DNA of 34,122 bases from a virus (taxonomy: Duplodnaviria > Caudoviricetes). The notes beneath the pieces were generated by a model. That model saw only the letters and a program-made list of their open reading frames with translations. It was not told where the DNA came from and did not search any database. The translations under genes were made by a program, and so were the position numbers. Below are positions 16,199 through 26,315 of this stretch, piece after piece. The stretch spans positions 1-34,122 of the IMG/VR virus record IMGVR_UViG_3300020379_001053; one strand, given 5' to 3'. The number at the start of each line of letters is the position of its first letter. The first letter of the stretch is position 1.

Positions 16199-16963
16199 TC
16201 ACTTCGTCTTCGTATTGACAACCCCTTGGTACTGAGGATCATCATAGTACTTGCTATCAGGGTAATCTTGCCAACTACCACCTTCATACTCTGTAATAAG
16301 AGCATTCACATCCTTCCTCTCTGCATACACATGATAGAAGCAGTCAATTGGTAATCCACCATTGGACTGAAGATATATCTTCTCAGCATCCCATCTCTTT
16401 ATGATGATGTCCTGATGAGAACCAATAGGTTGTAACTGAACTGAAATACTCTCTACGTGTACTAGATCCTTCCAATAATGAGGAAGAGTAATCTCCTTCT
16501 TGTTCCTCAGTCTACCTCTATAGTATACACCAACCTCAGGGCCCTCAATACATGCGTATCTTAAGCGATGTCCCTCACCTCTAGAGGGATGAACCATATC
16601 AAATGGTTTAGGTCTGCCATCTGCTGTATCAAATCTTGCTTGAAGATCACCAATGTCACCATAATCAAAGAAGGCATTACCTCCCACCTTCAAAACATAA
16701 TCAGCATCACCATTGATTACAGCATTACCTTCAACTGCTAACGCCCTATCAGATTTCTGATGACGACTAGTGGCAACCATCAAAGTAGATTGTCCTTTAT
16801 CAAATGCTTCAGCACCAACATGCACTACACCTGAAACATCTACGCTACCATGCAGTAATTCATTTCCTGCACCAATAGCTTTCTGTTCTGATGGTTCTTG
16901 TGCTGTACCACCACCCACTACTAAGTCTTTTAGTACTAATGCACTGTCAATAACGTTGCTCAT
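16199..16963 (-). CDS. Putative short tail spike/fibre with chaperone-like C-terminal domain (254 aa)
   Basis: KPFDMVHP...LRYACIEGPEVGVYYRG motif, as seen at the C-termini of phage fibres. Lies downstream of the gp5 genes. Confidence 0.6.
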   Translation of the reverse strand: MSNVIDSALVLKDLVVGGGTAQEPSEQKAIGAGNELLHGSVDVSGVVHVGAEAFDKGQSTLMVATSRHQKSDRALAVEGNAVINGDADYVLKVGGNAFFDYGDIGDLQARFDTADGRPKPFDMVHPSRGEGHRLRYACIEGPEVGVYYRGRLRNKKEITLPHYWKDLVHVESISVQLQPIGSHQDIIIKRWDAEKIYLQSNGGLPIDCFYHVYAERKDVNALITEYEGGSWQDYPDSKYYDDPQYQGVVNTKTK

Positions 16964-16975
16964 TTTTTTATACGA

Positions 16976-17698
16976 TTAATTAGATACACCAGGAATATGC
17001 CAAGGTATTGGCCCCTTTCTTTCAGTCTGAGGACCGCCCTCATAAGGTTTATCATTCCTAGCAGGTATTTGATCTGGTGTGTCCATCAGGTCTGGTTTAA
17101 TAGCATTGTCACCCCTAGTACTGTTGGACATCATCTTAGTAATACCTCCAAGCAATTCTAGTTTTTGATTACCTAAACATCTTAGCATATTATTGCAAGA
17201 AACGGTAGTCTGCTCATTACTATGAAGAAAAGCATACTTAGATATGACACTAAAAGCACCGTTAGTTTTGACACTAAAGTTACCACCCTCATTATTTTCA
17301 TCACCAATCTCAAAGTTTATATTCCTTGCTCTGATATTAAGATCTCCATTCTGACAATCAATATTCAAATTACCGTTCTCTACCTGAATAGCAAAAGTAT
17401 TGTTACCTCTGCTTCTTAATCCATCTACGAATGGTCCTGGTCTTGATGGTTCTCTTTCCATATCCTGACCCAACTTAAGAGTCATTCCACCAGGAGCTTC
17501 CATCATGGTGCGTCCTTTTCTTGCACCATCTTTGTCCATTGTAATGCGATGACGAGAATCATTCCCGTTCATCAACTGCCAAGCATGTTTTACTTTGTCA
17601 GCAGAAAGATTACCTGATGATAAAACCCCATCAGGTGTTTGTTTTGCCCACGCCCACCTAGTACTCTTAGACGGATCATCCTTTACTGACTTACCCAT
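16976..17698 (-). CDS. Putative baseplate central spike (gp5 C-terminal-like beta-helix) protein (240 aa)
   Basis: Short beta repeats IQVENGNLNIDCQNGDLNIRARNINF. Translationally coupled (TAATG) to gp5. Confidence 0.6.
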   Translation of the reverse strand: MGKSVKDDPSKSTRWAWAKQTPDGVLSSGNLSADKVKHAWQLMNGNDSRHRITMDKDGARKGRTMMEAPGGMTLKLGQDMEREPSRPGPFVDGLRSRGNNTFAIQVENGNLNIDCQNGDLNIRARNINFEIGDENNEGGNFSVKTNGAFSVISKYAFLHSNEQTTVSCNNMLRCLGNQKLELLGGITKMMSNSTRGDNAIKPDLMDTPDQIPARNDKPYEGGPQTERKGPIPWHIPGVSN

Positions 17699-20600
17699 TA
17701 ACTCTCCTTAATAAAGATATTTTTACCCACACAATCAATAACCTCGACAATATTAGCAGGTAATAATTCAGGATCCTCTGGAACAGGAACCACTTTCAGT
17801 GTGACTTCAAGATCCGCACCAGCACCCGTGTCGCTATTTATTGTAATCACTGGGTAATCTAAGAATGGACCTGTAAGTGGACCATCTATACCGATAACAC
17901 CACCAGTAGGAGTTAACTTAAGAGGTCGTGGATCACCATTAAAGAAACATGTATCATCAGTATTATAACCTCCACCACAAGTATTAATAATTATCTCATC
18001 AACCTCTAAAGTAGTAGGATATGTTGGTGGTGGTACTGGAGGACCAGGAGGTTCGGGAGTAGTAATCTCAGCACCACAAGGAACAATATATCCTATTGTA
18101 TTAGTAGGTCTGAATACTTTCTGCACCTCATCCACATACTCTCTAGCCCACTCACAATAAGTTTCTTCTTTAATTAATTGACCATACTCATCAAAATTTA
18201 TCTTAGCAGCACGTAGAATATCTTTCTTCACACATGCAAATGCATGAGGTTCAGGTTTCTGATTCAAATTATTCTTATAGTTCTGATACTCTTCCTCTGT
18301 AATAGGTTCTATCTTTTTCCTTTTCTTCTGTATAACAGAAGGAAGAGGAAGTGCTTCAACTTTAAAACTACAAGTATTTCCTTGTATATTATAGAACTTT
18401 CCTATAGATGAATTGATTACTATGTCATCAAAGTAAACAGATTGCACTCTGTTTGGTGGAAGATCTTCCATCTCAATAGTATTATCACCATTGTTTCTTA
18501 AGCGTTCAACACCTTGAACACTATTAAATGTCACAGCATAAACCTTTCCATACTCAACCTGTCTTGTAACACTCTCAGTAATATCTACCCCATCTCCATA
18601 TTCTTTTCCAATATTAATATTCAAACCTTCTATCCTCACACTATCAGCATAGAGTGATGCAGTTTTAACATTGAAAGTAACTGGCACTGGTTTTCCAGCA
18701 GTCGATTGCTTAACTTCAAAGTCTTCACTCTCACAACTCAATCCCCTTCTTACATCTTTCAAATGTTTTAGATATCCTTGTATCCAATACTCAAGACCTC
18801 CCTTGTCCATATATTTTCTTCCATCTTGATAAGCATAACCCAACTTCTTCTCACCAAAACTATTATAGACTAAACTTATCTCTCTAGCAAGAGTATGTTT
18901 CTCACTACCAATAATATGCCCTAATCCTTGAACATATTTGTCAGTGTAAATGTTAGTATCTTTCTCCACCTTCGTCGGTTTAACTTCCGTCACATCTACT
19001 ATCATATCACCAACATCAACAGTCTGTGTTAGAGATCCACTCCTACCTGATTGTGTCCAGGTTTTTCCTCCAAATCCAATGCTACCAAGTGCTGTTCCAG
19101 CTGAACCTGGATTATCATTCCACCTCAAAGTAATAGTAGCCTTACCTGCTCCTACAATACTTCTACCATCACCACTAAATTTAACATTACCTGTATCAAT
19201 AATAAATTCTGCATTAGCATCATTACCATGCCCATCCTTCAAATGTAATCTCTTCCCACTATCTGTAACCCTTATAGGATTATTTTTAACATGTAATCCT
19301 GCAAAATTAAGAGGTACTGTTCTCTTAGTTGTAGTAACCTGAGTCTGAGGTTTCCTAGCTCTAGGTCTAAAAGGTTTCTCACGATACCATCTCACTGGTT
19401 GGTAATTAGCATCCTTAGTCTGAGTGATAGGAGGATTGCATGGAAGAGGAGTCTTTACTACCTCAAATCCTTCTGAGTTAGTTGCTAATCCATGACCTAT
19501 TACTTCAGCAGTATTATCATCAAAAGTACAAACAGTTATGTTTAACTCATATAATCTACCCTGATAATCTCTCATCCATTTCGTAACAGTCTCACCATTA
19601 ACAAAGTCTTGAGTACCAGTAACATATTTTATTTGATTTAACTTCCACCACTTAGTTTTATTCCTATCAATACCTAAGGCCCAAGGATATCCCGTTGAAG
19701 TCTCTACAACCTCCATCACATAATCAAATACAAAATACCTATAGTTACCTCTAGTTAAATCATAGGGGTCTGCTATTTGTGCTGCAGTTAATGGTTCATG
19801 ATGATTGTACACACCTCTAAAGGTGTAGATAGAACCAACTTCAAGGTCTGCATTCCAAGGGTCTAATGTACTAAAATTATCTACTCTAGGTGGTATCTTA
19901 TCCCATCTAAATCTACATTCTTCAGGATTAACCTCACCTGACTTAATCTTTGCTTGACGAGTAGCATATTCAGGTGTGACAATCTTCATGTCTGATAGAA
20001 CTTTTGCCCTAGTGTCACCTACCCTAAGTCTTTCTTGCCAATACCTCCAACCACCAGCATCAGGTTCTCTACAGAATAAAGAATGATACTGTTGTCTTAC
20101 CCATTCCTTATTCTTTGCCTTTGGATCAACTCCTTCTGCACCAAATCTTGATAACTCTATAGTTCCCTTCTTAGCTTTTATTACTCTATCAGTATAATCT
20201 TTTAATATATTTGGTGGTTGGTAGTCAAGATTAAAAGGATTACCTGTCTGAACCTCAAGAAGATTACTAATCTTTCTATCATTAACTGCATCACGAATGC
20301 TAAGAATAGGACCAGCACCTTCAACTGATCCGTCTGTTACTTTCTGGAAACCCTTATAACCTTTTCTTAAATTAACTTGTACCGATTTAATCTTACCCTT
20401 TACCTTAGTAGCAGCATCAAATACAGGATCTCCGTTAGTTGTTATTGCACTGACAGGTAACTGACATGTAGATCCAACAGGAAGATAAATGGTAGCACCA
20501 GGAGGAACCTTTACACCTCTCTTAGGTTTGAATGGTAAGAACCTACCCTCCTTATCTTTAACCACTGTATTATCAGCAGCAGCAAACTTCACACCATTAC

Positions 20601-22716
20601 CACCAACACTACCATCAGGACTTGATAGGTAATCCCAACCAGGTTCTACAACTATAATCTTAATAACACCTGATGAACCTGTCTTCTCAACCTCATCTTC
20701 ATCTATCACTGCTTTAATAACTGCACCAAAACCAACACCACTCCTATCAATCACAGCACAGTATGGTGTTGTACTATATCCTTGTCCTTGTCTTGTTACA
20801 TCTACTGCTAAAAGATTTCCATTAGGCCCTACTACAGCATTAGCAGTAGCACCCTTTCCTCCACCACCCCATATCTCTATGATAGGAGGACCACTTGCAA
20901 TAGGTCCAGTCTCACACGCACTACCAGAAAATCTTTGACCTTGTATTTGATTCTGGAATGTCTCTTTAATAAACTCTCTACCACCAGGAAAAATAGTTTC
21001 TGCAGCAGACAGAGCAGCATCAAAAGTATCTCCTCCTGCTAACATAGTCTTAGCAGATTCAATAATAGACTCTCCAGTACCACTAGGGAAATTGGCAAAA
21101 CCTGATAGGTTCTTTGCCTTACCCAAAGCATCTGTGATACCACCAAGACCACCTAAATCTGCTACATTAATATTATCAAGATCAATAGCAGTACTAAAGA
21201 GTGAATTAACATCAGTAAAATTACTAATACCTGATGCTAACTGTGAAAGTCCCGTGCTATCTGCTGCAAATTTCTCTAAAACATTACCCATCTTCTCCAT
21301 TTGTGGAGGTAATGGCATACCACCACTCAAAGCACTCAGTTCTTTTCCTTTAGGACAAGGAAGTTTCATCTGACCAGGATAAACTTTCTTAAATGATGTA
21401 CTAAACTTTTGAATACCATCCAATCCAATACTCAAACCACCTAAAGAATTTAATCCTTCTGAAAGAATAGAGTTAAGTCCACCACCACCCATCAAAGACT
21501 TGGCAGCACCCATACCCATCTTGGCAAAGGATCCTCCCTTATCTACTGAAGAAAGTACCTTATTAACATCTCCCATTATACCATTCATCTTTGAGTCAAT
21601 ACTACCCAAAGACTTACCCAACAATGCTCCAGTATAATTCTCTACAACACATGGTGGTTGACTTACAAGTTTACCTTTTGTTTCTTTAACAAAGTTAGCA
21701 GCATCTAAAGGAAGAGCAGAAATAATTTCAGAAAATGTTTGAATAAGTTTAGATGAAGCTTCATCATTAGCATCATCAGCCTTTAACATCTGACTCAATG
21801 GAGCAACACTATTAAACTTAGAAGCAGCCATTGACATCTTCTCTAGAGTTGCACCCATTGCATTCGTCTGCAAGAATTTCTGTGCAGTAGCAATAATAGA
21901 TGATAATCTCTTCTCCTCTCCTTCAATATTACCAATCTTGAGTCCTTCTTTTTCTACAGTAACTCCATTAGTTTCTTCCATTATTGTGGTTACTTTTGAT
22001 AACCTCTGCACTCCTTGACTAATCGCATCTTGATAGTCAACACACTCAGAGTTATCTGCCACCTGCATGTTGCCAGTGGCTTCTAAATTCTTTTTAACAA
22101 AAACTTCTGCCTGATTTAATACCTCTACAGCATCTCCCTGTTCAATCGTAGCAGATTCTATAAACTTTTCTTTCTGTGTCTTTACTTCACCACCACCTAT
22201 TTGCTGATCAGCATCTCCTGTACCTTCTGACTCTACTGTATCAAGTTTCTTAATGTTAGTAAGAGGTGCTGGTTTTTCGTTAGTGAAACCAGAGAAAGGT
22301 TCATAACGAATGTCTGGTATATCTTTCCTAAAATCTTCTTGTGTTGACTTATCAAACAGACCTATGATAACTGGTTGCTGACCATCAGTACCATCTAAGA
22401 AGAAACCAAACACCCACTCACCACCAGTGAGGGCAAGTGACTCAGAGAATCCACCTGAACCACCACCAGCACTGGTAGGCATCAGACAATATGCCCAAGG
22501 CAAATCATCATTAGGTAACTCTTCCTTTGAATACGTATGGTATCCAAGGATTGATACCTTAACTCTTCTTCTAAATCCTGGTAGATCTTTATCAGTATCA
22601 ACAGGCAACTCAGGAAAATTGGCTGCCCAAGTGTCGGACTCACATACCTGTCCTATCCACCAGGAGAATCCATCCTTACCTATATTATGACTTTTTAACA
22701 GAGACTCATCAATCAT
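17698..22716 (-). CDS. gp5: Baseplate hub subunit, gp5-like, greatly extended (1672 aa)
   Basis: N-terminal gp5 OB-fold signature GFSWWIGQV...RVKVSILGYH...LPWA...GEWVFGFFLDG..GQQPVIIG. Confidence 0.85.
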   Translation of the reverse strand: MIDESLLKSHNIGKDGFSWWIGQVCESDTWAANFPELPVDTDKDLPGFRRRVKVSILGYHTYSKEELPNDDLPWAYCLMPTSAGGGSGGFSESLALTGGEWVFGFFLDGTDGQQPVIIGLFDKSTQEDFRKDIPDIRYEPFSGFTNEKPAPLTNIKKLDTVESEGTGDADQQIGGGEVKTQKEKFIESATIEQGDAVEVLNQAEVFVKKNLEATGNMQVADNSECVDYQDAISQGVQRLSKVTTIMEETNGVTVEKEGLKIGNIEGEEKRLSSIIATAQKFLQTNAMGATLEKMSMAASKFNSVAPLSQMLKADDANDEASSKLIQTFSEIISALPLDAANFVKETKGKLVSQPPCVVENYTGALLGKSLGSIDSKMNGIMGDVNKVLSSVDKGGSFAKMGMGAAKSLMGGGGLNSILSEGLNSLGGLSIGLDGIQKFSTSFKKVYPGQMKLPCPKGKELSALSGGMPLPPQMEKMGNVLEKFAADSTGLSQLASGISNFTDVNSLFSTAIDLDNINVADLGGLGGITDALGKAKNLSGFANFPSGTGESIIESAKTMLAGGDTFDAALSAAETIFPGGREFIKETFQNQIQGQRFSGSACETGPIASGPPIIEIWGGGGKGATANAVVGPNGNLLAVDVTRQGQGYSTTPYCAVIDRSGVGFGAVIKAVIDEDEVEKTGSSGVIKIIVVEPGWDYLSSPDGSVGGNGVKFAAADNTVVKDKEGRFLPFKPKRGVKVPPGATIYLPVGSTCQLPVSAITTNGDPVFDAATKVKGKIKSVQVNLRKGYKGFQKVTDGSVEGAGPILSIRDAVNDRKISNLLEVQTGNPFNLDYQPPNILKDYTDRVIKAKKGTIELSRFGAEGVDPKAKNKEWVRQQYHSLFCREPDAGGWRYWQERLRVGDTRAKVLSDMKIVTPEYATRQAKIKSGEVNPEECRFRWDKIPPRVDNFSTLDPWNADLEVGSIYTFRGVYNHHEPLTAAQIADPYDLTRGNYRYFVFDYVMEVVETSTGYPWALGIDRNKTKWWKLNQIKYVTGTQDFVNGETVTKWMRDYQGRLYELNITVCTFDDNTAEVIGHGLATNSEGFEVVKTPLPCNPPITQTKDANYQPVRWYREKPFRPRARKPQTQVTTTKRTVPLNFAGLHVKNNPIRVTDSGKRLHLKDGHGNDANAEFIIDTGNVKFSGDGRSIVGAGKATITLRWNDNPGSAGTALGSIGFGGKTWTQSGRSGSLTQTVDVGDMIVDVTEVKPTKVEKDTNIYTDKYVQGLGHIIGSEKHTLAREISLVYNSFGEKKLGYAYQDGRKYMDKGGLEYWIQGYLKHLKDVRRGLSCESEDFEVKQSTAGKPVPVTFNVKTASLYADSVRIEGLNINIGKEYGDGVDITESVTRQVEYGKVYAVTFNSVQGVERLRNNGDNTIEMEDLPPNRVQSVYFDDIVINSSIGKFYNIQGNTCSFKVEALPLPSVIQKKRKKIEPITEEEYQNYKNNLNQKPEPHAFACVKKDILRAAKINFDEYGQLIKEETYCEWAREYVDEVQKVFRPTNTIGYIVPCGAEITTPEPPGPPVPPPTYPTTLEVDEIIINTCGGGYNTDDTCFFNGDPRPLKLTPTGGVIGIDGPLTGPFLDYPVITINSDTGAGADLEVTLKVVPVPEDPELLPANIVEVIDCVGKNIFIKES

Positions 22717-22985
22717 TAGTCGTCATACACTCTACATTCTAGTGAATCTGGATGATTGTCACAATAAACTTCTAGGTGCTTATCTTCGTGGCGTGTGTGC
22801 CAGTCATTAATCTTACCATCATTCTTATTCACTTCTGATTCATCATGTGCATGAAAAGCATCATTGTGCATCTTTAAATCTTCTTCAGTATATTCAATCA
22901 TACCATGATTGATATGCTCCTTATGATCCTTAGGATCAATATACACTTCATGATTTAAATCGTGGTCTGGTGTTTTGGTTGTCAT
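22716..22985 (-). CDS. cp12: CP12-like Calvin cycle inhibitor (auxiliary metabolic gene), His-rich variant (89 aa)
   Basis: C-terminal CP12 motif LEVYCDNHPDSLECRVYDD. AGGAG RBS. Confidence 0.85.
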   Translation of the reverse strand: MTTKTPDHDLNHEVYIDPKDHKEHINHGMIEYTEEDLKMHNDAFHAHDESEVNKNDGKINDWHTRHEDKHLEVYCDNHPDSLECRVYDD

Positions 22986-23004
22986 AGTTTAATTGCTCCT
23001 ACTA

Positions 23005-23012
23005 TATTTAAG
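23005..23012 (-). promoter_or_regulatory. Possible late promoter (CTTAAATA) upstream of cp12
   Basis: TAAATA core overlapping the upstream stop codon, 20 nt before the ATG. Confidence 0.4.
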
Positions 23013-24390
23013 CCCCTTTCTTTCCAAAGGAATCACGAATAAGGTTCAAAGATGTGCTGGCCTTTCCTCCAGCAACCTTATGACATAGACTAGAAATCAA
23101 ATATAGACCACTAGTCTCCTTACTTACCTCCTTTTTAGCAGAAATATCAGGGAACTCACAGTATATTGTATCACCAGCCTTCAAAGAAAAGTCACCTTCT
23201 ATCAGGAGATCAACACTAACAGAAAAGATCTGATTGTATCTAGTAACTGACTGAGACATTCTTTCTCTTACCTTATCATTTAGGTTCTCTCTATCCTTCT
23301 TCCAATTATCTACTTGCTCAGTTGCTCCAACTCCAACAGGTAAGGTTCCCATGTCAAGTATGGCACTCATACCTCTGGTAGGCCCTGCTCTAAATTCTTT
23401 TGCAACAAATGCTATTTCTTTACCAGCACTCTTTACTTTACCTACTTGATCCTCTTGCATCGAAAAGTCTTTACTCTTCACGGTAAAATCATATGGATTA
23501 AAGAAAGTAGTACTATTATTATATGCACCGATGGTAAGTTTCTCTTGCACATCAATATTCTTATTAATTTTAAATTGTTTTATTGTTTTATACCCTTTCT
23601 TAATATCTTTAGTACCTGTGTATTGAAACTTCTTTGTCTTTTTCTTATCTGCACTACCACCACCTTTTGTTGGTCCAATCAATGACTCAACTGATTTAAA
23701 TTTAAATCCTTCTTTGTTCTCAAAGAAAAAGAAACCAGCAGTCTTACCATAAGCACCATCAGCAGGGATACCTTTAGTCATCAACCAAGTCACAGTGTAA
23801 AATGGTTTCTTATCATTACCAATAAAGTTATAACTGTTAGCAGTCTCCTCAATATCAAGATTCTTATCAGTCTTTAATCTATTCTTTAATATTTTTTGAA
23901 CTGACTCTGATATCTTACCACTATACCTACCAGGCACTCTGGTCTGTTCATTACTAAAGAATTCCTTGGTACATAAGTCAAGTTGAACTAATGTTTTAGT
24001 CATACTCTCATCAGTATATCCTTCTGACACTCTATTAACATACAATCCATCTCCACTTGCTGCACCTTCTAATTTAATTTGATTACCTTCAGTGTCTAAC
24101 ATATTAAGATCAATATTCTCTCCACCTCTTATAGGTAATCCATCTAATACATTCTTTAACTCCTGATCAACAGGTACAGAAGAACCAGTGTCTGCAATAA
24201 TCAATCTTCCTGTAATATTATTAGATAAAATACTTTCAAAATATTTTAGTTCAACTAAACCACCTTTAAGATCAACACCTCTTCCAGTCTTTTGATTCTT
24301 TGCAGTAAGTTTCTTAATCTCTGCTTTCTCAGCATCTCTGCCAAGAAACTTTTCATTTACAAATACGTCTTGATAATCTCTTGTTGCCAT
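23008..24390 (-). CDS. Putative baseplate hub protein (gp27-like) (460 aa)
   Basis: Lies between tape-measure-like genes and gp5. Motifs YFESIL, FFFFENKEGFKFKSVESL, EGDFSLKAGDTI...SGLYLISSLCH. Confidence 0.6.
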   Translation of the reverse strand: MATRDYQDVFVNEKFLGRDAEKAEIKKLTAKNQKTGRGVDLKGGLVELKYFESILSNNITGRLIIADTGSSVPVDQELKNVLDGLPIRGGENIDLNMLDTEGNQIKLEGAASGDGLYVNRVSEGYTDESMTKTLVQLDLCTKEFFSNEQTRVPGRYSGKISESVQKILKNRLKTDKNLDIEETANSYNFIGNDKKPFYTVTWLMTKGIPADGAYGKTAGFFFFENKEGFKFKSVESLIGPTKGGGSADKKKTKKFQYTGTKDIKKGYKTIKQFKINKNIDVQEKLTIGAYNNSTTFFNPYDFTVKSKDFSMQEDQVGKVKSAGKEIAFVAKEFRAGPTRGMSAILDMGTLPVGVGATEQVDNWKKDRENLNDKVRERMSQSVTRYNQIFSVSVDLLIEGDFSLKAGDTIYCEFPDISAKKEVSKETSGLYLISSLCHKVAGGKASTSLNLIRDSFGKKGA

Positions 24391-24392
24391 GT

Positions 24393-26315
24393 TTATGCCC
24401 AGACTTGTGCAAGGTTAGACTTCTTTCTATTTAACTGTGCAGCCCTATAGAAATCGCTACCACCAACTAAACTCAAGGATGAACCACCACCTCCACCAGA
24501 AGGAATAGCACCACCACCATTAGTTATAATCGTTGTGTCACCTCCTTCTACTTTATCATAAGAAGCAGAAGTACCAATAGAATCTGCCTTAGATGATTGA
24601 GTATCTGAGGTTCCAGTAAATTCAAGATCACCAGCATCAGTTGTCTGTTCTACATCTACATCAGAAGATCCATCTCTTTGATCTTTCATTTCAATTCCAA
24701 GGATATTTCTTTTCACTCCATCATCCTTTGGTGGTCCAAAGAAAGATTTGAATAAAAGAGGAGCAGTTATAAGTGGATTTAATATATTAATCCAGTTAGT
24801 AGCACCAAAAGGAAGTTTATTTACTGGTGCTGCTTTGAATTTTTCTATGAATGTACTAAACACACCTTTAAGCCATGTACCCAATGGTTTAATCATACCC
24901 TCCCAGATACCTTTCAGAGCCTGCATAAGTTTCTCACCAGCAGCACCCCATCCTTTACCCATGAACCCTTCATATAATAACTCACCCACAAATGTACCAA
25001 GTAACTCACCTACAATAGCACCAGCAATAGCAAGAGGACCACCAGCAGCACCAATTAATCCACCAATAATACCACCAAGACCTGCACCAATACCCATAAA
25101 CAATGCTTTTCCAAGTGGTTCTCCTGATAGTAGTTGAGTCACTGCAACTATAAGTCCACCAATGACAGGAAGTTTAGCAAGTTTAGCAACCTTAGTACCA
25201 AATCTAGCAAGACCTAAACTCTTAGTTCTACCTAATGTTTTGATCCCCATCCTCCTGATAGATCTAATAGGACCGCCCTTCAAAACTTTTCCTGCTTCTT
25301 TACCTTTACTTGACAATCCAAAGTCTGGTTTAGATGTTATCTTACCTGATTTTAATGCTCTCTGAACTTCTGCATTAGCACTAGCAGCACTCTTACCATT
25401 GTCTATTGCATTATCAAAAATTCTTTGAGCAGATGTACCATGTTTAGTTCTTACTAAATTAGAAGTCTTTGATGAGGTCTTTATATTTGATTGTGTTCCA
25501 CTAACTTTAGATGTTTTAGGTTTAATATTAGGTTTGCCACGAGGTTTTCTTAGCGTTCTAATACCACCAGTCCCTTTATACACAAGGAACGCAGCAAAGG
25601 CTGCTTCAAGTAATGGAAATCTTTTTTGTATTTCATTAAGGTTCTGGATAATACTATTCTCTTCAGTAATTTTTGGATCAACTCCTACCAACTTAGCAGC
25701 GAGTTTAGTACCATTAGTAACAATCCACTTACCTATATCAAATAACAATATTGCAATTGGTTTGACAAAGTTAAGTATCTTACCAACAATATCAACAAAC
25801 TTACGAACAGTTTCAATGATCCGAGGGAGGTACTTTGTCAACCATCCAGCAAATAATATAGCAAGAGTCTTTAATATAGCACCAAGTAAATTACCTGCAC
25901 CAGCAGCAATCTTTCCTACTAAAGGTATCTTGAGTCCTCCTCCTTTTTCTTCTTCCCTACCTTCTTCCCTATTCTTTCTCGACATCCATTGAAAAAGATT
26001 CTTCTTTGACTTAGCTCTCTTTTTCTTTGCATCCTGTTGCCCCTTTAATGCTTTTATAATATCAAACGTTTTAGTATTGATGACATTCATCTGCTCTAAA
26101 GCAGGATCACCACCAGTAATAAAATCTTTCTTAACTGGTGCTTTTACATCTATAATCTTAACAATAGCACCACTAGGTGAAGGAACCAAAGTACCCTTTG
26201 GTTTAGACTGTTCTTTCTTATCACTACTAGCTTGAATAAGATTTTGTGGGTTTACTTTCTTTTGCTTAGGTTTAGTTAGTGCTCCCTTAGCAAGGTTTCC
26301 TATTAATCCTACCAT
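24393..26315 (-). CDS. Tape-measure-like / baseplate hub protein (640 aa)
   Basis: Helical and Lys-rich, with hydrophobic stretches and a glycine zipper (GIGAGLGGIIGGLIGAAGG). Confidence 0.6.
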   Translation of the reverse strand: MVGLIGNLAKGALTKPKQKKVNPQNLIQASSDKKEQSKPKGTLVPSPSGAIVKIIDVKAPVKKDFITGGDPALEQMNVINTKTFDIIKALKGQQDAKKKRAKSKKNLFQWMSRKNREEGREEEKGGGLKIPLVGKIAAGAGNLLGAILKTLAILFAGWLTKYLPRIIETVRKFVDIVGKILNFVKPIAILLFDIGKWIVTNGTKLAAKLVGVDPKITEENSIIQNLNEIQKRFPLLEAAFAAFLVYKGTGGIRTLRKPRGKPNIKPKTSKVSGTQSNIKTSSKTSNLVRTKHGTSAQRIFDNAIDNGKSAASANAEVQRALKSGKITSKPDFGLSSKGKEAGKVLKGGPIRSIRRMGIKTLGRTKSLGLARFGTKVAKLAKLPVIGGLIVAVTQLLSGEPLGKALFMGIGAGLGGIIGGLIGAAGGPLAIAGAIVGELLGTFVGELLYEGFMGKGWGAAGEKLMQALKGIWEGMIKPLGTWLKGVFSTFIEKFKAAPVNKLPFGATNWINILNPLITAPLLFKSFFGPPKDDGVKRNILGIEMKDQRDGSSDVDVEQTTDAGDLEFTGTSDTQSSKADSIGTSASYDKVEGGDTTIITNGGGAIPSGGGGGSSLSLVGGSDFYRAAQLNRKKSNLAQVWA

